Shown here piece after piece: positions 36,815-45,210 of a stretch of DNA of 48,993 nucleotides. Location of the stretch: the NCBI GenBank assembly GCA_020718525.1, contig DYRX01000001.1, forward strand, positions 1 to 48,993, given 5' to 3'. The notes under the pieces are model-generated. The model had not been told where the DNA came from and ran no database searches. It saw only the letters and a list, made by a program, of their open reading frames with translations. The first letter of the stretch is position 1. Each line of letters begins with the position of its first letter. The DNA is from Victivallis vadensis (lineage in GTDB: Bacteria; Verrucomicrobiota; Lentisphaeria; Victivallales; GWF2-50-93). The translations under genes and the position numbers were made by a program.

Positions 36815-37417
36815 ATGAGCTGCACGCTTACAACGCTGGTCACACGCAAGGCGCCGGATTTCAAGGCTACGGCTGTCATGCCCGACGGATCTTTCAACGA
36901 CAATTTCACGCTTTCGTCGCTTGCCGGAAAATATGTCGTGATGTTTTTCTATCCGCTTGACTTCACGTTTGTGTGTCCTTCGGAAATCATCGCGTTCGAC
37001 AAGAAGATCGCGGAATTCAAACAGAAAAACTGCGAAGTCGTCGGAGTCTCGATTGACTCGCATTTCACCCACCTCGCCTGGAGGAACACGCCCCGGAATC
37101 AGGGCGGGATAGGCAAGATTGGATATCCGCTCGTAGCCGATCTGACGAAGAACATCTCGAAGGACTACGGAATTCTCCTGAACGATGCGATCTCACTGAG
37201 GGGACTCTTCCTCATAGACAAAGAGGGCGTGATCAGACATTGCGTAATCAATGATCTTCCGCTGGGAAGAAACGTTGACGAAGCGATCAGGATGGTGGAC
37301 GCGCTCCAGTTCTTCGAAAAGCATGGCGAAGTCTGCCCGGCGAACTGGAAGCCAGGCGAAGAGGCGATGAAGCCGACTGCCGAAGGCGTTGCAAAGTATC
37401 TTGCTAAAAACGCATAA
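36815..37417 (+). CDS. ahpC: typical 2-Cys peroxiredoxin (AhpC/TsaA type)
   Basis: Peroxidatic Cys in [15 protein letters not shown], resolving Cys in HGEVCPANW, and [12 protein letters not shown]. The ATG at 36815 is preceded by AAAGGAGAG; the track ORF starts earlier at 36734. Confidence 0.9.
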   Translation: MSCTLTTLVTRKAPDFKATAVMPDGSFNDNFTLSSLAGKYVVMFFYPLDFTFVCPSEIIAFDKKIAEFKQKNCEVVGVSIDSHFTHLAWRNTPRNQGGIGKIGYPLVADLTKNISKDYGILLNDAISLRGLFLIDKEGVIRHCVINDLPLGRNVDEAIRMVDALQFFEKHGEVCPANWKPGEEAMKPTAEGVAKYLAKNA

Positions 37418-37448
37418 GCGTTTGCCAGACAAAGTGCTGTGTTTTTCT

Positions 37449-37474
37449 AATGAGCCCTCTTCGGAGGGCTCATT
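37449..37474. terminator. 11-bp stem / TTCG loop hairpin between convergent ahpC and moxR genes
   Basis: AATGAGCCCTC-TTCG-GAGGGCTCATT, directly abutting the moxR stop (37475-37477) and 31 nt after the ahpC stop. U-tracts are weak in both directions. Confidence 0.45.
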
Positions 37475-38401
37475 TCATATAGGGGGAGCTATTGAGGAGA
37501 CAATTTCGGAGATGATCTGCCGCTTCGAGACGCCGGAGTGCTTGGATTTTCCATCCAATACAATCCTGTGCGAGAGGACGTGTTCGGCGACCGCCCCCAC
37601 ATCGTCAGGAGTGCTGAATTTCCGATCTGAAATGAATGCGCGAGCCTGTGCGCATCTGGAGAGAGTCAGGAGAGCGCGCGGGCTGGCTCCCAGGGTGATC
37701 CTCGAGTCTTCTCTCGTTTTCCGGACAATTTTCAGCATATATTCCGAGACGGTTTTCTCTATTTCGACATTCTTGACTTCGTCCTGAAATGCGACAAGCT
37801 CGTCCCTGTTCAGGATCTTTTTCACGGAATCGAGTGGATCCGCGCTTCGTCTTGAGCGCAGAAGAAGCGATTCGCTCTCGAAGTCCGGGTAGCCCAGAGT
37901 GATCTGCATGGCGAATCTGTCGAGCTGTGCCTCGGGAAGAGGATATGTTCCGTAATATTCGACAGGATTTTCGGTTGCGATCACCAGGAATGGTCTCGCG
38001 AGTTCGTACGTGTGCCCCTCCGCTGTTATCTGCCGTTCGTTCATGGATTCGAGGAGGGCGGACTGGGTTCTCGGGGAGGCGCGGTTGATTTCGTCGGCAA
38101 GAACGATATGGGCGAAGATCGGTCCGCGCCTGAAATGGAAGGAGCCGTCCTTTGGATTGTAAACGGATGAGCCGATGATGTCGGAAGGAAGCAGGTCTGG
38201 CGTGAACTGGATTCTCTGGAATTCTGAGTCAATCGAACGCGCAAGCGTTTTTGCGAGCGTCGTCTTTCCAACGCCAGGGACGTCTTCCATGAGGACATGG
38301 CCATCCGCCAGGACGGCGACTAGGAGCAGTTCGATTGCGTCCTCCTTGCCGGATATGACAGATGTCAGCGAGTCTTTGAGCGACTGGAGTTTGCTGTTCA
38401 C
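37475..38401 (-). CDS. MoxR-family AAA+ ATPase
   Basis: Walker A GVPGVGKT, RIQFTPDLLPSDIIG, Walker B VLADEINRASP, and ATENPVEYYGTYPLPEAQLDRF. GTG start with a GTGA overlap on the trpS stop. Confidence 0.85.
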   Translation of the reverse strand: MNSKLQSLKDSLTSVISGKEDAIELLLVAVLADGHVLMEDVPGVGKTTLAKTLARSIDSEFQRIQFTPDLLPSDIIGSSVYNPKDGSFHFRRGPIFAHIVLADEINRASPRTQSALLESMNERQITAEGHTYELARPFLVIATENPVEYYGTYPLPEAQLDRFAMQITLGYPDFESESLLLRSRRSADPLDSVKKILNRDELVAFQDEVKNVEIEKTVSEYMLKIVRKTREDSRITLGASPRALLTLSRCAQARAFISDRKFSTPDDVGAVAEHVLSHRIVLDGKSKHSGVSKRQIISEIVSSIAPPI

Positions 38402-39357
38402 AAGCCGACAGCCTTTCTGATTCTTTTCATATTTGACTCGGCTAGAGCCGACGCCTTTTCAGCTCCAATTTTAAGGACAGATTCAACATATGGCAAGTCT
38501 TGGAGGAGCTCCTCGCGTTTTTTTCTGAGCGCTGCGAAATGGGATTCGAAAAGTTCCAAAAGTTCTTTTTTTGCATGGCCGTAGCCATAGCCTGGCGCAA
38601 GATACTTGGATCTCATTTCATCGAGCTTCTGCTGATCGGCGAAGAGCTTGCAGAGGGCAAAAACAGGACAGGCATCAGGGTCTTTTGGATCATCGAGCCC
38701 TTTGGAGTCAGTTACAATGCCCATGATCTTTTTTTTGGTCTCCTTTTCGGAGCCGAAGATTTCGATAGTGTTTCCGTAGCTTTTCGACATCTTTCTGCCG
38801 TCGGTGCCGGGAACGACTGCAACCTCTTCTCTTATAAATGGTTCTGGAACTGTGAGGATTTCGCCATAGGCGTTGTTGAAGCGGATCGCGATGTCTCTGG
38901 CAACTTCGATATGCTGTTTCTGGTCCTTGCCCACCGGAACAAGATTCGAGCCGTAGATGAGGATATCAGACGCCATTAGCACTGGATAGGCGAAAAGTCC
39001 GTGGTTAGGCGAGATGCCCTGGGCGACTTTGTCCTTGAAACTGTGGCATCTTTCGAGGAGTCCCATCGGCGTCAGACAGCTCAGAATCCAGGCGAGTTCC
39101 GTCACCTGCGGGACTTCGGACTGCCTGAAAAAGACCGTTTTTGAAGCGTCTAGACCGCAGGCGAGGAAATCAATTGCAACGTCAACGCTCCTGCGGCGCA
39201 GAAGTTCCGGAGAAGGAGAGCTGGTCAAAGCATGATAGTCTGCAATGAAAAGATAGGCATCTCCCTTTTCCTGGAGGGCAATGGCCGGCTTCATCATCCC
39301 AAAGTAATTGCCGATGTGGAGAGTGCCGGAAGGCTGTATCCCTGACAATATTATCAT
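38398..39357 (-). CDS. trpS: tryptophan--tRNA ligase
   Basis: SGIQPSGTLHIGNYFG (HIGH motif) and KMSKS. Confidence 0.9.
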   Translation of the reverse strand: MIILSGIQPSGTLHIGNYFGMMKPAIALQEKGDAYLFIADYHALTSSPSPELLRRRSVDVAIDFLACGLDASKTVFFRQSEVPQVTELAWILSCLTPMGLLERCHSFKDKVAQGISPNHGLFAYPVLMASDILIYGSNLVPVGKDQKQHIEVARDIAIRFNNAYGEILTVPEPFIREEVAVVPGTDGRKMSKSYGNTIEIFGSEKETKKKIMGIVTDSKGLDDPKDPDACPVFALCKLFADQQKLDEMRSKYLAPGYGYGHAKKELLELFESHFAALRKKREELLQDLPYVESVLKIGAEKASALAESNMKRIRKAVGL

Positions 39358-39403
39358 ATTTAATTCCTTGAAAAATAAAGAATTAGGGAGTCATGGCTTC
39401 GCT

Positions 39404-41986
39404 TCAATACATTGCCTTCAGATCTTCAAGCCGGGTCGCCTCTTCCTTGGCTTTCTTCAGATAAAAATCATCTGGGCTGTTCGCCGAATGCTTGTCAATG
39501 AATTCGTGCCAGAGCTTGACTCCGGACTCCAAGCCCTCCTTGGACATAGGCATCTTTTTGATCTCTGCGCTGATCTTCTTGAATTCTCCTTGGAGTGGAG
39601 TGAAGGGGTCAGCTTTTATCTGGGACGCTCCGCCGGAGTTCTGCGCTGAACTACTGCTTGAGACCGGAGCCTGAGTCGTGGGAGCTTTGTTTGTTTTCGG
39701 CTTGTGCGCAGGACGACAGCTCTTGACTCCGATGATGATCAGTGCGAGGGCCAGGCCAAGTATTGCCGCACCGCCGAATATCATCATCATTATGGTTTTT
39801 TTCTTCTGCAACTGCATCCTGATGAGGCCGGTGTGTGTAACACCATGAACAGGCTTTGAAGCCGCTGTCTTGGCTTCTCCATTTTTTCCGTCCTTTTCCG
39901 ATTTGGAAGCAGTATCTTCGCCTTTTTGTTCAGGCTTGCTTTTCGAGGCATCGGCGGCTTGCTGTGTGGCAGTGTCGCCTTTTTTCACAGCTTGAGCTGG
40001 CATATTTTTTCCGGGCAGACCTTTTGCGCCCTTCTTCATGCCAGGCGGAGGAAAACCCTTTTTCTGTCCCTGCTGTTTCTTCTCTTCGGAAGGCTTTTCT
40101 TTTGCTCCGTCCTTTGATTCGTCCTTTCCAGTCTTTTCTGCCTCTTCAGCCTTCTTGGCATCCGGTTCGGACTTGTCAGGCGTGGTTGTCTGCGCCTTCT
40201 TCTCGTCTTCAGATTTCTTATCGAGCGCCTCAAGCTTTTTCTCGGCGTCTGAAACAGTGGACATGATCTTTCTCACGTCGTCGGATGTGTCTGATTTTGC
40301 AAGGGGAGACGGCTCGGTTTTCTTGTCATCTTCCTGCTTTTTCTCGGCTTCCTTTTTGATTTCTGGCGATGGCGACGGAGAAAGTGTCAGCTCCTGAATT
40401 TCGACAGGTTCGAGCTTAGGCGACGGAGATGGGGACAAATCTGCAGGGGGCGAATCTTTTGCTGGAGTCGCGGCCTCAATTTTCGGAGAGACTTCCTCTA
40501 GTTTTGGAGCGGGGGGTGCTGCTGGTGGCTCGGTCTTTTTGGCGGCGTCTTTTGCTTTTTGCGCCTCAGCTTCCGCCTTGCGCTTTTCGTCCATTTCCTT
40601 CATGCGTTTTTCAAGTTCTTCGCGTTCTTTCCTCGCCTTTTCAAGCTCTTTTTCGCGTTTTTCCCTTTCTTCGCGCTCTTTTCTTATCTCTTCTTCGAAT
40701 TTTCTTCTTTCTTCCTTTTCCTTTTCAAGCTTTTCGGCAAGGACTTGTGCGGCTTCAATTGCCGCCTTTCTTGCGGCGTCTTCCGCCATTCTGCGAGCCT
40801 TCTCCCTCTCTTCTTCTGCAAGTTTCTTCGCCTTCTCGCGCTCTTCGGCGGCTATTCTTTCAGCCTTTTCCCTTTCCTCGCGGATGCGTTTTTCCGTCTC
40901 CTCGAGCTGTTGCTTCGAAAGCAGATAAGCATCTTCCTTGATCTTTAGCGCCTTTTCTCTTTCTTCGAGGACTTTCTTTTCCGATTCGAGATGTGCCATC
41001 AGGATCTTTTCCTGTGCCATTCTCTCGGCTTCTTTTCTAATTTTTTCTTCAATTTCAGCATGGGATGGGAGAGAGTGGTGCTGTTGCAGGGGGGGGTGCT
41101 GAGAAGCCTGCTCCTGAACCGGAGGCGCATAGTAGGTCTGCTGGCTTGGGGGAGCCTGGTAAAGAGGTCCGCCCTGCTGTAAGATTTTGTGCGCGTCCAT
41201 TTGGCGCTGGATTTCTGCGAATTTCGCAGATTCCGCCTGACTTGCGCTCTCAAGAATTTTTCTCTGGTAATCGTAGTCCGTCGGTCTCTGAGGCGCAGGA
41301 TTTTGCAGTTCTGTCTGCTGGCGGAACTGATTTTGCGGGGGCGGATTAGGCTGTGCCTGAACCGCGGGCTGACTTTGAACCGTCTGCGATGGAGCCGTGG
41401 CATTTTTCGATTTGAATTTCAGAGAGGCGGCGGGCTTCTGCGCATTTTGAAGGGTAGCTGATGGTCTTTGGATCTGCTGCTGCGGAGGCGGCGGAGCGGC
41501 AGGGTTCGGCGCCTGCGGCATAGATGGCCTCTGCTGAGTCTGGGACATGGTGGTCGCTCCAGGCTTCGACATGGAGAAGGTTTTCTTTTTGAACTTGTTC
41601 TGCTGTGCCTGATTTGCAGGAGCCTGAGGAGGAGGCTGGAAGTTCTGCTGGGGCGCCTGAGCTGGCGCCCGAGTGGTTGATTTTCCGAGAGAATCGCCGG
41701 GTCTGGCAGGCAAAAAGCCGTCTGTTCCTGTTCCGGAGCTTTTGAGCATTCCCGAAAAGCCGATATTGACCGCCTTGGCGATTTTGATTGGAGCGGAGGA
41801 CATCCTAATAGTCATGTCCTCCTCTTCGCTGGCGGCGCCTTTTTCCGGGTGCATATTGCCGCCGCATACCGGGCATTCGACGCTAGGCACCAAATCTTCC
41901 ATTTCGCCGACGCTCTTGCATGCTTCGCATTTGTAGATGTAGTTCATTTGTTTATCCCAAAGAATTGCGGTCTGCCCGCATGGCAT
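39404..41986 (-). CDS. bitopic low-complexity protein: N-terminal zinc-ribbon, P/Q-rich region, ER/K-rich helix, K/E/D-rich region, single TM, about 115-aa C-terminal domain
   Basis: 860-aa ORF. The more likely start is the ATG at 41947 (MNYIYKCEACKS...CPVCGG). The TM is IMMMIFGGAAILGLALALIIIGV near residue 725. No enzymatic motif. Confidence 0.65.
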   Translation of the reverse strand: MPCGQTAILWDKQMNYIYKCEACKSVGEMEDLVPSVECPVCGGNMHPEKGAASEEEDMTIRMSSAPIKIAKAVNIGFSGMLKSSGTGTDGFLPARPGDSLGKSTTRAPAQAPQQNFQPPPQAPANQAQQNKFKKKTFSMSKPGATTMSQTQQRPSMPQAPNPAAPPPPQQQIQRPSATLQNAQKPAASLKFKSKNATAPSQTVQSQPAVQAQPNPPPQNQFRQQTELQNPAPQRPTDYDYQRKILESASQAESAKFAEIQRQMDAHKILQQGGPLYQAPPSQQTYYAPPVQEQASQHPPLQQHHSLPSHAEIEEKIRKEAERMAQEKILMAHLESEKKVLEEREKALKIKEDAYLLSKQQLEETEKRIREEREKAERIAAEEREKAKKLAEEEREKARRMAEDAARKAAIEAAQVLAEKLEKEKEERRKFEEEIRKEREEREKREKELEKARKEREELEKRMKEMDEKRKAEAEAQKAKDAAKKTEPPAAPPAPKLEEVSPKIEAATPAKDSPPADLSPSPSPKLEPVEIQELTLSPSPSPEIKKEAEKKQEDDKKTEPSPLAKSDTSDDVRKIMSTVSDAEKKLEALDKKSEDEKKAQTTTPDKSEPDAKKAEEAEKTGKDESKDGAKEKPSEEKKQQGQKKGFPPPGMKKGAKGLPGKNMPAQAVKKGDTATQQAADASKSKPEQKGEDTASKSEKDGKNGEAKTAASKPVHGVTHTGLIRMQLQKKKTIMMMIFGGAAILGLALALIIIGVKSCRPAHKPKTNKAPTTQAPVSSSSSAQNSGGASQIKADPFTPLQGEFKKISAEIKKMPMSKEGLESGVKLWHEFIDKHSANSPDDFYLKKAKEEATRLEDLKAMY
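40784..40882. repeat. 3 x 33-nt in-frame tandem repeat inside the ER/K-rich region (REEREKAERIA / AEEREKAKKLA / EEEREKARRMA)
   Basis: Read directly from the minus-strand translation and mapped to the plus strand by hand. Confidence 0.6.
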
Positions 41987-42010
41987 TGCAAGCCTGGCAG
42001 ATCCTGTCTT

Positions 42011-45000
42011 CTATTTTTCCTTTCCCGCTTCACTGCAATTGGACTTGAGAATCGAGATCGCACATTTTTTGTCAAATATCTCGGCTTCGGAAAATCTTGC
42101 ATCCATTTTCTTTTCTTCAAGCCGCAAAGCGAGAGTTTCAGAACAAATGTATGAGGAAAATTTGGCAAGCGCCTCGACCAGCTCTCTGTCGTCGGAGGAG
42201 AAGGTCACTTCAATCCTGTCCGTGACATCGAGTCCGGAATCCTTTCTCAGATTCTGGATCTTGCTGACGAATTCCCTGGACAGCCCCTCTTTTCTCAAGG
42301 AGGCATCGAGAACCGTATCCAAGGCGACGCTTATCTCGCCTTCGTTCGCGACAGTTAGTCCGGGTTTTTCATCCCTCTGGACAATGATATCGTCGGCACC
42401 GATGGCAATCTCCTCTCCGGAGGAAAGTCTGATGGAATGTGCGCCGTTTTTGAGGAGGGACGAGAGTTCCTGGGTGCTCATCGAGGAGATTTTTTCCGCC
42501 GCTTCCTTCATGTTTTTGCCAAGTCTTGAGCCAAGCGCCTTGTAGTTCGCCTTGATTTTTTTGGTCACGAGCTCAGAGTCGTCCTCGCTTATCAGCACTT
42601 TTTTGACGTTGAGCTCGTCGGCTATAATGTCGGAACTATCTGCGAGCATCTCGCGGATTTCCGGGTTTTCCGCCGCGATGATGACTTTTGCGAGAGGTTG
42701 TCTGACGCGTAGATTGTTCTGGGAGCGTAGGAATCTGCCCAGGGAAACTGCCTTCATGGCGCATTCCATCTGCCGCTCGAGTCGCTCGTCTCTTGTGAAA
42801 CCCGCTTCAGGATAGTCGCAGAGATGAACTGAAATTGGCATTGAATCGCTACGTAGATTGCGGTAGATCTCCTCTGTTACGAAGGGGATGAAAGGTGCCG
42901 CGGTCTTGCAGAAGTTGAGCATGACATAATACAGCGTTCTGTAGGCGTCGGTCTTGTCCAGATCGTTTTGGCTCTTCCAAAAGCGGCGCCTGCTTCTGCG
43001 GACATACCAGTTGGTCAGATCGTCTATGAACTTTTCAAAGCGGTTGGCGGCCTGCTGGAGACGGTAGTCGTCCATTGAATCCCTTATTTCGCCTGTCATC
43101 TCCGAAAGGGATGAGAGAATCCATCTGTCTAGAGGGTTCTGCGGATTTTCAGGGGGGGCAGGCTCTCCCGGTTCCGGCGTCCAGCCGTCAACATTCGCGT
43201 AGGTGACGAAAAAGCTGTAGACATTCCAGAGGGGAATCATGACGGATCTGAGAGTTTCCTTTATCGCATTTTCCGAAAAGCGCAGGTCTTCGGCTCTTAC
43301 GACCGGTGAACCTAGCATGAATAGACGGATGGAGTCCGCTCCGTAGGCCCTGATCATGTCCATCGGATCAGGATAGTTTTTCTTTCTCTTGGACATTTTT
43401 TGTCCGTCTTCCGCCAGGACGAGGCCGTTGACGACGACATTTCTGAATGGTGCCTGTTCGAATAGGGCTGAGCCAAGCACGACTAGTGTATAGAACCAGC
43501 CTCTGGTCTGGTCGAGGCCTTCGGCGATGAAATCTGCTGGGAAATTTTCTTCGAAGCTTTTTTTATTTTCGAAGGGATAATGCTTTTGGGCATATGGCAT
43601 GGAGCCGCTTTCAAACCAGCAGTCGAGGACTTCAGGGACGCGCTTGAGCGGGCTTCCGCCCTTTTGGGATGGAATTTCTATTTCGTCAACAAAATGCTTG
43701 TGGATGTCGGAGACTTTGCGTCCGCTGAGCTTTTCGAGTTCGGCAATGGAAGAGATGCAGAGGCATTCGCCGGAATCGTTCCGCCAGACAGGAATGGGAG
43801 TTCCCCAAAACCTGTTTCTGCTGATTGCCCAGTCCTTGGCGTTTTCGAGCCATTTGCCGAATCTGCCGTCTTTTAGATGGGAAGGAACCCAGTGTACCCG
43901 CGAGTTTGATTCGATCATTGACTGCTTTATTGGTGCAATATTCACGAACCAGGTGGAGACCGCGCGATAAATGAGAGGGGCATCGTCTCTCCAGCAGTGC
44001 GGATAATTGTGCCGTATTGTTCCGCGGTGGACGAGCTTGCCTTCCGTCTTGAGGCGCCTCATTATGTCCTTGTCGCAGTCTTTCACGTAGCGCCCGGCAT
44101 AGTCGGATACCTCCGGCTTGAAGCGGCATTCTTCGTCAACAGGGCAGAGCTCGGGAATACCAGAGGCCATTGCGACTGCGTAATCGTCTTCGCCGAAGCC
44201 CGGTGCCATGTGGACAAGCCCCGTGCCGTCTTCGGTGCTGACGAAGCCGGCCGTTACAATTCTGAATGCCCCCTGCGAGGAGAAATCCGCAAAGTAGTTG
44301 AAAAGCGGAACATAGGTCTTTCCTGCCAGCTCGGATCCCTTGAAAGACTCGAGGATTTCAATCGAAGACTTGTCCTTGTAGTAGGAGTCAAGCCGGGCGC
44401 GCGCCAAAACATATTTGCAGTCGCCATCCTTGACCTTGACATATTCGATGTCGGGGCCGACAGCAAGCGCTAGATTCGAAGGCAATGTCCAGGGAGTTGT
44501 TGTCCAGGCAAGATAATAAGTGTCCTTCTCCTCTGTGTCGGCGAAGCGTACAGTGATAGCTGGGTCTTCGACCTCCTCGTATCCCTGGTTCGCCTCGAAG
44601 TTGGAGAGCGGGGTCGAGCATCTCGGGCAGTATGGCAAGATTTTGTGCCCCTCGTAGATGAGGTCCTTCTTCCAGAGGCTGGCGAAGACCCACCAGATTG
44701 ATTCCATGAAGCCCGGATCCATTGTTCGGTAGCCGCGCCTGAAATCAACCCAGCGACCCATCCTGTGGACAATCTTTTCCCATTCCGAGCTGTAGCGCAG
44801 GACTATGCCTCTGCATTTCTCGTTGAAGGCGGATACACCGTAGTCTTCTATCTGCTTTTTCCCGGAGAGGTTCAGCTCCTTCTCCATCTCGTATTCTACA
44901 GGAAGTCCATGGCAGTCCCAGCCGAAGACTCTTTCAACGCGCTTCCCGCGCATTGACTGATATCTTGGCACCACGTCCTTTATCGTGCCGGCAAGAAGAT

Positions 45001-45181
45001 GCCCGTAATGCGGAAGACCGGTGGCGAACGGAGGTCCGTCATAGAAGACAAAGTCCTTAGCTTCGCTTCTTTGCTCGACAGATTTCTCAAAAACCCTGTT
45101 CTGCTCCCAAAATTCAAGTATTTTATTCTCGATTTCCGGAAAATTGCTCTGACTTCCGACTGGACTGAATGCTTTTGACAT
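42011..45181 (-). CDS. ileS: isoleucine--tRNA ligase, type 2 (eukaryote-like)
   Basis: 1056 aa. PPFATGLPHYGHLLAG (HIGH) and KMSKRKKN (KMSKS). The N-terminus and length fit the type-2 form. Confidence 0.95.
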   Translation of the reverse strand: MSKAFSPVGSQSNFPEIENKILEFWEQNRVFEKSVEQRSEAKDFVFYDGPPFATGLPHYGHLLAGTIKDVVPRYQSMRGKRVERVFGWDCHGLPVEYEMEKELNLSGKKQIEDYGVSAFNEKCRGIVLRYSSEWEKIVHRMGRWVDFRRGYRTMDPGFMESIWWVFASLWKKDLIYEGHKILPYCPRCSTPLSNFEANQGYEEVEDPAITVRFADTEEKDTYYLAWTTTPWTLPSNLALAVGPDIEYVKVKDGDCKYVLARARLDSYYKDKSSIEILESFKGSELAGKTYVPLFNYFADFSSQGAFRIVTAGFVSTEDGTGLVHMAPGFGEDDYAVAMASGIPELCPVDEECRFKPEVSDYAGRYVKDCDKDIMRRLKTEGKLVHRGTIRHNYPHCWRDDAPLIYRAVSTWFVNIAPIKQSMIESNSRVHWVPSHLKDGRFGKWLENAKDWAISRNRFWGTPIPVWRNDSGECLCISSIAELEKLSGRKVSDIHKHFVDEIEIPSQKGGSPLKRVPEVLDCWFESGSMPYAQKHYPFENKKSFEENFPADFIAEGLDQTRGWFYTLVVLGSALFEQAPFRNVVVNGLVLAEDGQKMSKRKKNYPDPMDMIRAYGADSIRLFMLGSPVVRAEDLRFSENAIKETLRSVMIPLWNVYSFFVTYANVDGWTPEPGEPAPPENPQNPLDRWILSSLSEMTGEIRDSMDDYRLQQAANRFEKFIDDLTNWYVRRSRRRFWKSQNDLDKTDAYRTLYYVMLNFCKTAAPFIPFVTEEIYRNLRSDSMPISVHLCDYPEAGFTRDERLERQMECAMKAVSLGRFLRSQNNLRVRQPLAKVIIAAENPEIREMLADSSDIIADELNVKKVLISEDDSELVTKKIKANYKALGSRLGKNMKEAAEKISSMSTQELSSLLKNGAHSIRLSSGEEIAIGADDIIVQRDEKPGLTVANEGEISVALDTVLDASLRKEGLSREFVSKIQNLRKDSGLDVTDRIEVTFSSDDRELVEALAKFSSYICSETLALRLEEKKMDARFSEAEIFDKKCAISILKSNCSEAGKEK

Positions 45182-45210
45182 AGACTGACCTTATGATTTG
45201 GCGTGTTGTT

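Noticed and set aside
40429-40948. Three overlapping plus-strand ORFs (170, 129 and 129 aa) rich in F/L/S/R
   Set aside because: They are antisense to the ER/K-rich repeat region of the 860-aa gene. GAA/AAG-rich coding sequence yields stop-free TTC/CTT-rich antisense frames, so this is a compositional artefact.
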